Positions 39,001 to 47,800 of a stretch of DNA of 64,000 bases are shown one piece after another; the stretch's first letter is position 1; each line of letters opens with the position of its first letter. The stretch covers positions 2,418,001 through 2,482,000 of the forward strand of contig JAUFOQ010000004.1 of NCBI GenBank assembly GCA_040285855.1, read 5' to 3'. Under the pieces are notes generated by a model. It did no database searches. It was not told the DNA's origin and worked only from the letters and a program-made list of their open reading frames with translations. Origin of the DNA: Eukaryota sp. GEM-RC1 (taxonomy: Eukaryota). Both the position numbers and the translations under genes were made by a program.

Positions 39001-39246
39001 CCTACTTGTTGGAGGCCAGTTAAAGTGTTCAAAGAAATCAGTAATCCAAAACCATGGAAAAGAGAGAAGAAACCTCTGATAAAGTGTCACGCTTTGTTGA
39101 GATGCAAATCCCAAGAATGTAGGGAAGAATGTCATGGTAGCGCCAAGATTTGGAATCGTAACAAGTTAGCATGTATCAACATCAAGACAATTGTGGAGCA
39201 TCATTTGGAGCGGGGTCTAGGAGTTAGACCCAGTTATTTGTCATAG
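36095..39246 (+). pseudogene. Fanzor1 (eukaryotic TnpB-like RNA-guided nuclease) fused N-terminally to a PolB-type DEDDy 3'-5' exonuclease domain; decayed
   Basis: ExoI SFDIET, ExoII TGFNITDFD, GRIVCD, ExoIII YCFKD; then Fanzor1 blocks KTTLKSIVK, N...RY..YIDKFINVYF, PQSF..NIIP..PGFFQIDT, FW..FF..YKFNNTIKTDGFS, RuvC-I FIDPGK(T)DLLY, LVDESYTSS*CPTC, NPKPW, HALLRC, WNRN, RPSYLS; 4 in-frame stops and 4 single-A frameshifts. Confidence 0.85.
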
Positions 39247-39253
39247 TCATAGT

Positions 39254-41664
39254 TAGGGATGGGCAAACTCCAACTCGACTTCACTCCACTCGTAGAAATT
39301 ATAGAACTCCAACTCGACTTCACTCCAAACAATAAATTTTACAAGTGAACTTCACTCGAACTTCACTTCACTCCAAACTCAAGTCACTTGAACCACTTCA
39401 CTCCACTTCTGAATTTTATTTTTACTCCGAATGCTTATAAACAAGAAAGGAATCTTCTTGTTCAATATCGACCGCCTTCCTCCAGCGATAACTATTGTCG
39501 AAAACCCGCCGGCTTTAAAGCAAAGCAATCTGGCAGTTTACACCTGTTTCGAAACTACTACGTTTAGTGTCGTCGACAGTGCTCCTCTGACACGTAGAGT
39601 CTGTAAAAAGTGTTTACCAAATAGAAAACAGACATACGCTCTTGAAACTTCTTCTTCGGTGTTAACAAAACATGTTACGGACAAACACGACTGGGTCAAC
39701 CCTGATGTACAATTATCTCAATCAGATGAGTCGTCCGAATCTGATGCTGATCAGAAGGTTCTCTACGACTTTAGCCTGGTTCCAGAACCAATTAAGCTCA
39801 ACGAACGACAAACAACACATCTTAACACTCTTATTCGACACTATGTTGTTGAAACAAATCAACCTCTGTCTTTAGTTGACTCGGACATACTTAAGATTCT
39901 TCGGTTCTTCTTGGGAAAGGATTTTGAACTGTGTTCTCGCAGAAATCTCACCATTACGTTAAAGAACGAACATGCTTTATTACGAATGAAACTAACTGAG
40001 CTCTTATCTACTCAGTCTGTATGCTATACAACGGACGGTTGGACCTCACCAAATAATACCCCCTTTATTTCTCTCACTGCTCATTTCATCACTTCTAAAT
40101 TTCAACTTGTGAATGTTTTAACCGATTTACGTCCTTTTGGACATCCACACAATGAAGAAAGAACTGCCAGGTGTATTACTATGATGCTTAATGACGTTAA
40201 TGCGAAAAGAGATCATTCGTTCACGGTTGACAATGCTCCCACCTTACACGCTGCATTGAACAGAATCAATTATGAACGATCTGAACTGGGTAAAGGTTGC
40301 ATTCTAGAGATGAGATGCTTTGCACACATCCTAAATATTGTTGTCCAAGCTGGACTTCTTCACGTAGAAAACACTTGTGAAAAAATTCGTAAACTTGCCC
40401 AAACCTTGGCAGGCTCAACACAACTTACCCAAGAATTCCGGGATTGTTTCGAAGACCTAAATATTCATTCAATTAGAAGAGATGTGAAAACTCGATGGAA
40501 TAGTACATATTTCATGCTTTGTACTTATCTCAAACGGTTACAAGCGATCAACCTGTTTTTTGCAACAACCGAAAATGAAGATATTTCCGAATTACAACTT
40601 ACGTCTCAAGAACTTGCGAATGTTCGCTGTTTGTGTGATATTTTGAAAGTATTTTATAACACAACAAATACTGTTTCGTACTCAACATGTTCAGTTGGAC
40701 CGGGCGTAGTAATGTTCGCCGAAATAGAAAGGCAGCTTAATATTCAAGAGAACAATAACCAACACAGACCATGGGTGTTGCGGATGATTTCATCGATGAA
40801 GGATAAGCTGGTCACTTATCATGATCATATCTATAACTTCACAACATATGTCGCTATGCTTCTTGATCCTCGTGTTAAGACGAGATTGATGCCATTGAAG
40901 TTGAAGACTGAAAACTTCAGAGAGCAGTTCAAAGAATATTTTATTTCGCATCAACCCTCTCTTGATGATGAATCAGTAGAAGTCCAACCTGCAGAACCTG
41001 CAGAACCTGCAATCGTTGAAGGCGAAGTCGTTGATATTGATCCCGTACCCGAATGCTCTCTCCATTTGGCTGTTTCACATCTGGTTGATCAACATGAGGA
41101 GCCGATTGGCGAACTTGACTCATTTGAACTAGGTCCATTGGAACCCCTTACTTCTAATCCTTTAAAATTTTGGAAACACCGAACAGATAAGTACCCTGTT
41201 CTTTCTTCCATAGCTCGTCAGTTTCTTGCTGTACAGGTATCATCAGTTGCATCAGAACGATGTTTTTCTGCAAGTGGACGTACGCTCAGCAAAACAAGAA
41301 ATCGTCTCTCTGATGAAGTTTTGGAAGTACTTCTTTGTCTTAAATCATGGTATGCAATGAATCTAAACGTCCCTTCATAGCCTTAGTGTAATAAATAGGA
41401 TAAACAACTTGTTAGACTTTCCTTTATTTGTTTACCTTGTTTCTAGTGACAAAGCATATAGGTGTTACTCTACAGCGGTAAAACTATTGTACAGCCTACT
41501 CAAAAATACTGGTTAAATCACAAGTTTCACTCCAACTCGACTTACTCGTAAAATTTTGACAGAACTCCAACTCGACTCCAACTCGTAGAAATTTGGAGTG
41601 AAGTGGAGTGAAGTGGAGTTTGGAGTCTACTCGTAGAACTTGAGTGGAGTTTTGCCCAACCCTA
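39254..41664 (+). mobile_element. Complete hAT DNA transposon
   Basis: TIR TAGGGATGGGCAAACTCC / GGAGTTTTGCCCAACCCTA; perfect 8-bp TSD GTCATAGT (39246-39253 and 41665-41672); ACTCCAACTCG subterminal repeats. Confidence 0.95.
39431..41380 (+). CDS. hAT transposase (BED finger, DDE core, dimerisation domain), uninterrupted
   Basis: CKKC..H...KH; TTDGWT, TVDNA, CFAH, TRWNS, LLDPR, FWK..YP.LS.IAR, SVASERCFS. Confidence 0.93.
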   Translation: MLINKKGIFLFNIDRLPPAITIVENPPALKQSNLAVYTCFETTTFSVVDSAPLTRRVCKKCLPNRKQTYALETSSSVLTKHVTDKHDWVNPDVQLSQSDESSESDADQKVLYDFSLVPEPIKLNERQTTHLNTLIRHYVVETNQPLSLVDSDILKILRFFLGKDFELCSRRNLTITLKNEHALLRMKLTELLSTQSVCYTTDGWTSPNNTPFISLTAHFITSKFQLVNVLTDLRPFGHPHNEERTARCITMMLNDVNAKRDHSFTVDNAPTLHAALNRINYERSELGKGCILEMRCFAHILNIVVQAGLLHVENTCEKIRKLAQTLAGSTQLTQEFRDCFEDLNIHSIRRDVKTRWNSTYFMLCTYLKRLQAINLFFATTENEDISELQLTSQELANVRCLCDILKVFYNTTNTVSYSTCSVGPGVVMFAEIERQLNIQENNNQHRPWVLRMISSMKDKLVTYHDHIYNFTTYVAMLLDPRVKTRLMPLKLKTENFREQFKEYFISHQPSLDDESVEVQPAEPAEPAIVEGEVVDIDPVPECSLHLAVSHLVDQHEEPIGELDSFELGPLEPLTSNPLKFWKHRTDKYPVLSSIARQFLAVQVSSVASERCFSASGRTLSKTRNRLSDEVLEVLLCLKSWYAMNLNVPS

Positions 41665-41672
41665 GTCATAGT

Positions 41673-41732
41673 CTATATTTACTACAGTGAATCTGTAGCA
41701 CTATTGAATCTTAGAATTCACTACATTGTACA
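41673..41732 (+). ncRNA. Candidate Fanzor omega-RNA scaffold remnant (directly follows the Fanzor stop codon once the hAT is removed)
   Basis: Positional inference plus hairpin CTACAG-tgaat-CTGTAG (41682-41698) and TGAAT/ATTCA stem (41705-41720). Confidence 0.25.
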
Positions 41733-42581
41733 TAGGGTTGTTAAAATGAGCCGAGTCAAGTCGAGTCAAGCCTACAATTTGAAGCTTGACTTGACTCATG
41801 AGTCAACCGAGCCTGACTCGAGCTGACTCATTTTGATTACCTTGACTTGACTTGACTCATGAGTCAACCGAGCTCGACTCGAGCTGACTCATTTTGAATG
41901 CTCTTTTCTATTGTACTTTATAACATAACACAAATCTCTACTGTTTTCTACTGATCTGAATTTAATACACCTATTCCGTACCACGAGTGTAAACACAATA
42001 AACACCTTGCAGTATTGCAGATAGTCTAGCCCTTTCCTTTGTTACAATTTGGTATGCAGCAGAGAACAAACGTTCAATTGCTGCTGAACTTGGCCGAATG
42101 CTTAAGTAGTCGCGAGCTGAGCAAGCTGAGCTAGGATAATCTGATTGGTAGCGTTTCCACCAATCTAGGGGATCCACCGCAGCATCGACTATGCCTGTTG
42201 ATAAGTAAGCTGTCAGCTCATCCCGCACATCAACATGCAATGAATTTATACAGAGAACTGCTACTAATTCCATGTACAGGTGATTGTACTAGAATACGTT
42301 TAAATTGTACTAAATTACATTCATTAGAGTAAACTTGAGTAGAGCTGACTCACAGACAGAAACATAGGCTTGACTCGACTCATGAGTCAAATGAGCCTGA
42401 CTCGAGCTGACTCACGGACAAAGATATAGGCTTGACTCGACTCATGAGTCAAATGAGCCTGACTCGAGCTGACTCACGGACAAAGATACAGGCTTGACTC
42501 GACTCATGAGTCAAATGAGCCTGACTCGAGCTGACTGACTCAAAGCTCAGTGAGTCAGCTTGACTCAAAATTACAATCCTA
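41733..42581 (-). mobile_element. Non-autonomous hAT element carrying only the C-terminal dimerisation-domain fragment
   Basis: Perfect 8-bp TSD ATTGTACA (41725-41732 and 42582-42589); TIR TAGGGTTGT / ACAATCCTA; ORF 41971-42273 DPLDWWK..YP....ARDYLSI.PSSAAIERLFS; ~61-bp GACTC-rich subterminal tandem repeats. Confidence 0.92.
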
Positions 42582-42599
42582 ATTGTACATGTACCATGA

Positions 42600-43511
42600 A
42601 TGAAGTGTCCCCTATGTACTCATTGTTTTCAAGGCACTGAAAATCGGTATCTTCATGTTAAACGTTGCGGTTCTCAACAAGGATTAACAACTGCTCAAAT
42701 TCTCTCTGTATGGAACAAAACTCGAAATCCTACCACCCCTGGTTCAGAAAGAACTGTCCGTCCGGTTAATAGCGAACCTTTCCCTTTATCTCCCGTCTTA
42801 GTTGCAACAGACCTTTGCTCTCCCAGGAAAAGAAGACAAGCTTTGTTGAACAAATCGCTAATCGAACCTATTCATTCTTCTCGTTCCTCCCCTTCCTCCC
42901 AACGGTCTCTTGTCCCCTGGTTTAACGAATACGATCATTCCACACAGTCTTCTTCTCAAACCACGGATTGTTTTTGTTCTAAGTGTGGTGGATCCTTCAC
43001 TACAGCAGAAATGACTGAGGTTTCACGACTTAATGAAACTTTTGAGCAAGATAAGCGTGCGCTTCAATTAGAATTTGATCAGAAACTTTCAGCCCTCCAA
43101 GACCAACTTTCTACTTCTATCCATCAAGTTCATCGAACACGATCACAGATCTGTGTTCAACTGGTCTCTTCTCCCACAAGAAACGAAAGAAAACGTCATC
43201 CATTTACTATTTTAGGAAGCGGAAAAATTCAAAAGAGTTCTTCTGATTTAGGGAAGAACAATCAATCAATTAAAATCAACAGTCAGAAATTAAGAAGATT
43301 GACGGATGCAGAGGAGCATTTTCTTTGTCATGAGTTTCAAAACAACGACAAATTAATTGACATTTGGATATCAATGTTGCTTTTTGAAACTATTTCTGTA
43401 GACTTTTTAATCAAAACTTTACGAGAACTTGGTTTTTCATATTCAAAAGGAGCTTTATGTTCATTTTTAGACAAACAAGGTGTAATTTTTAGAAGTGAAT
43501 TAGTCGAATAA
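42600..43511 (+). CDS. SLX4: Compact SLX4-like protein (N-terminal UBZ-like finger, C-terminal SLX1-binding domain)
   Basis: CPLC...F.....R..HVKRC......QIL resembles the SLX4 UBZ; C-terminal W..MLLFETI....L...L...G......L..FLD.QGVIF resembles the SLX1-binding domain. Confidence 0.6.
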   Translation: MKCPLCTHCFQGTENRYLHVKRCGSQQGLTTAQILSVWNKTRNPTTPGSERTVRPVNSEPFPLSPVLVATDLCSPRKRRQALLNKSLIEPIHSSRSSPSSQRSLVPWFNEYDHSTQSSSQTTDCFCSKCGGSFTTAEMTEVSRLNETFEQDKRALQLEFDQKLSALQDQLSTSIHQVHRTRSQICVQLVSSPTRNERKRHPFTILGSGKIQKSSSDLGKNNQSIKINSQKLRRLTDAEEHFLCHEFQNNDKLIDIWISMLLFETISVDFLIKTLRELGFSYSKGALCSFLDKQGVIFRSELVE

Positions 43512-43623
43512 ACATTTCTTTTTGCATTCGAACGATGTTAAATGATTCTGTTTGGAGAATTATTCAAAACAACACAACCTGACAATCAGGTAAATATCTC
43601 AAATATTGTAAAAAATGCTAAAG

Positions 43624-44353
43624 TTAACGCTGGGCACATTGGTTTTGATGTTCCTCAAAAAGTGACAACGGAAAAAGACTATGGCAGAACTCACACGGCA
43701 ACTGTTCTTGGTCAATGATGACGTCATCAGACATTAGATCTGGATTCATTGGACATTCTGCTTCGAAATGGGCGGCAACTTCGCTATCATTGGCAAACCC
43801 TTGTCCACAAAGGTCACAGTGTACAGGGGAAGAAGGACTAGAAGAACTCTCCATGTCAGGGAGGAGAGTATATAGGAGGCTCTTGTTCATAAAGGAAATC
43901 ATGGCGCGGTGGTCTTCGTGAGGGATATGAAGGTTCTGGAGCTCGAGGAGACTGACCAACAACTTTCTGCTGGCAGTTACTGAGAAAATGTTGTTCAAGA
44001 TCAGCTAGGCGAACCCGTTGACCACAGTTTTCACAGTCTGTAGATCGAGAGCCACACTCTTTCTCGTGTTCCATGATTTCCCCTAATGGAAGAGCCAGAT
44101 CACAATAAGCACATTTGATCGGTCGATTCCGACAATGTTGGCTCTTGTGTATTTCCAGGTCCCTTGCTTCCATTCTTTCCCCGCAAACACAAGTAACAAT
44201 AGCATGTTGTTCCTGAATGTGATCTGATAGACTGGTTAAAGAAACAGGTTCGTTGCAATGCGGACATTTAGTTACATTTCTTACACACTGAAGTTTGTGC
44301 AACATCCAATTGCCTTGGGGGACTTCTTGGAGACAGTTTGGACAATGCGGCAT
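43624..44353 (-). CDS. TRAF-type zinc-finger protein (XAF1/TRAFD1-like); one frameshift at ~43860
   Basis: CPNC..VP..N..LH..QC.RN..KCPHC, C..RPIKC.YC, HEKECGSRS.DC..C; C-terminal LPCEFC......FEEHQ.QC. Confidence 0.8.
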
Positions 44354-44873
44354 TTTGAGGAGGGAAATTAAAAGATGGTGTGTAAATTATGGTGAAGATG
44401 TCTTGCTACAGTAGTAATTCAAGAGACGAGATTTTCGCACTACAGAACTAACAGGATGATGAGAACGTGGACTTACTAAGTGATTACTTAGTGATTTTCT
44501 GATAGTTATCGACAACATCTCAAAATCAAGGTGTGGGTCACAAAGGTAGTGTTAAGCCGCAAATGTATAAGCCATTAAAATATATATGTATTCTGGTACA
44601 TTCGATAAGATGTGTAGCGATTACAACTTTCCAAATGAGAAAACTTTAATTGTTTTCGACAGTTACATTGAAGATCATTTAGGAAATTGTATGTCCATAA
44701 ATAGCAACGAAGTCGCATTGTAGTGGTCCATAGATGATCATTTAATAATAAACCATACACTTGTGGAATTTGATATATTACTGTCATAGCAGAACTTTCT
44801 ATTAAATCAATTCAAAAATTAGCGAAAGCTGGATTTTTTCCTTATTCTGGAAAAATTACTCATCTTTTAAGAT

Positions 44874-47800
44874 ATCAAAAAGAGGGGATCTACATACTCC
44901 GTGGCTTAAATCGAGTCAATCATTAATGGATTTTACAACAGTAGATGTATGTAACAAATCTTGTGTTAGTAGGATATTAGATTCTTCTTTTAATCCATTA
45001 ACAGCAGCTGAAAAGCTCAAACACTCCAAGTATGACTCTCAAGTAGAAGAATTAAATAGAAACTCATATTCCAAATTTGTGTTTCAACCTTTTGCTGTTT
45101 CTCTTTTTGGATCTATTAGTCCTGCTGGTGATCAATTTTTCAAGGATTTCGAAGAATTGTGTAAAGAAAAGAAGCGTAAGTTTAGAATGGCTGAATGGAA
45201 AAACCGTATAGTGTTTTGCATATATCGGAATATGCCTTTCTATTTCTCTAGATTAATTGAGAAATTGTTCAAGTTTGGTGTGAAGGTTAATGTTGATAAA
45301 CGTAATCTTTTACCGGGTGGTGATGAAGTTGTTTGGATTTAATCTTAGTATTGTTTGTTTGTTTTTACAATTTCATAGTTTTGTAGGAAGGTTACCTTAT
45401 TGGGTGCCGAATAAAGTTTCTTCTGATTTCAAAAGCTCTATTGGCTCTCAGTGTTTTTTATGAAGAAAAAGCTGATGTGAGTTTTAATGGCAATGATTGT
45501 TGCTTTAATGATATTGAGTTCTAGTATTTGTGTTTATTTTAGTGTTTTTGTTCCATAAAAAATTGGATTTATATTTAATGACATCAACACTACATACATC
45601 TAATAATCAATATGTTCTAGTATTTGTGTTTATTTTAGTGTTTTTGTTCTATAAAAACCGTAAAAGTAATAATCAATATCCTCTCAAAGTCCAGATTGCC
45701 TATCTGGAAATTCTCACCTACCATCTCCTCAAAATGTCTGCCAAGAGATAATAAAGCGCTAGATACAGAAGTCACCATACCTTTAAAGATAGCAAACACA
45801 ATTCGACTTTTCCAAAATCCAAGATCAAAAGTTCTACTAGTAGATGTTTTTTCTTTTACAATCTTCACAAAAAAAACGGGGTTTATGATCAGTCAGTGAA
45901 ATAAATGCATTTGCAGAAGTTAATAACTAACAGACACTAACTAAAGTATCTAAACTATAATCCTTCTGTCCATCACCGAACAACTTACCTAAAATTGAAT
46001 TAAGATATTTGTGCATTGAACGAAACAACGTAAACGTTAACCTACTCAACCAAAAATTTTCATTGAAAACTTTACCGTACTCAGAACACAATTTACCAAA
46101 GGAGGTTAAAAAACCTTGTGCAGCTGGTCCGATATTACCGTATATCGACATCGCAAAAGGTTGAAACACAAAAGAATTGCACCTGTCAACATTCAATTGG
46201 TTAATTAAGTGACAGTACTTTGTATTTTTTCCTTTTTCAGCCACTTCAAGAGCAGAAAAATCATCATCAAAAATTTTGGAAATTGATCTTGAAATACAAG
46301 GATCAACAGTCGTGAAATCCATGATAATTTCCTGACAAGATAACCAAGGACCAATCAAATCACCACGACTTCTATCAACTTTTGGCTGATCAGAAAGATT
46401 AGCAAGTAAAGGTTCAATTTTTCCATGAAAACCATTAGCCTTAAACATATCCAAGCATGTGTCCCGGATACTGTTGTGAATAATTGATCGAAAATGAATA
46501 AATTGATGACAGTTAACCAAATGATGAAAATTTGAAGCCTTTGAACGACCACAAAGACATGGAGAATGCTTCAAAAGACCTGAAGGCCATAAACCTAACC
46601 TAAGTCTCATGTTTATAAGCTATTCATGATCCTTAAGATTAAAACAAAATTTTCTTGGCAAACGAGAAACAAAAGAAGACGCAGCGCTTGAAGAAATATC
46701 ATTCAAAAAAGCACAAAAAGATTTCAAGTAATGATGTTGCAGATTCATCTAAAGAACCGTACAGTGAAAATACAAAAGGGTACAACAAGTAATTCGAGTG
46801 TGAAACCGAATTCAATAATTCAATTTAGCACAATATTTTTTCTTTTTTACATTTTTCACCAATCAACAGAGGGTTTTTAGCGTTAGATTTAGCAAGTTTC
46901 TTGTTGGAACCATTACAAATGTCGATAGACATAACATCAGCAATAATGAAAGATCCATCGAGACCAGGAAATATGACATCACCACGGCTATTTCCAAACG
47001 ATTTGTCAACATCTGTATCATCAAACAAACCAGCCAGAACTGGTTCTAAATAGGAAACTATTCCATAAGATGTACACATACAATATAATTGATCCCTTAC
47101 TGAATCCATGAACCTTACTTCTAAAAGAAATAAAACGGTTATAATTCAATAAATGTGTAGGTGTTACAGATTGCCCACATTGGCATTTCAAATTATGTGG
47201 AAGGTTATCAGGCCAAATATACGTAAACGCATGTTTAATGACCAAGAGTTATCATCAAGAAAAAGACCGTAGACTTGAGGGATTTGAGTAATCGACATGA
47301 AACAGAGCTATTAGAAACATCCATTAAGAAATTTGCAAAAGCGGGATTTTTTATAAAAACATTATAATCCAAGCTTTCAAAAATATTTGTGAGTTTCTGT
47401 TGCAATTTTTTCAGACAAAACTGAAGATTAGTCAAACATCTTTCAGATATTTCAAAAGAAAAAGTATTATGTTACAAAAAATGCCACACCGTATGTTTGC
47501 GAACCCTAGATTTAGCAAGTTGCTTGTTGTAATCATTTCAAACATCGATAGACACAACATCAGTAACAATGAAAGCTCCATCAAGACCAGGAATACCACA
47601 ACAGCACGACTGTTTCCAAACGGTTTGTGAACATCCGTCAATTGTAATGTTCAATTTTTTTAACCGACTAAATGGAGATTCTAAAATCCTACCAATACAC
47701 GATTTGTTTCAAACAGCAACTGTAGCAAAATCCATTAATGTTTGACTCAAGTTGAACCACGGAGTATGAAAATCCCCTTTTGATCTCAAAATTGATTTTC

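Noticed and set aside
36095..41664. hAT transposon as the carrier of the Fanzor
   Set aside because: Its TIRs and perfect TSD enclose only 39254-41664; the Fanzor lies outside, so this is a later insertion.
42340..42545. Regular ~61-bp palindromic repeats near a TnpB-like gene, resembling a CRISPR array
   Set aside because: The intervening segments are near-identical rather than unique spacers, and the repeats lie inside a TIR/TSD-bounded hAT element as subterminal repeats.
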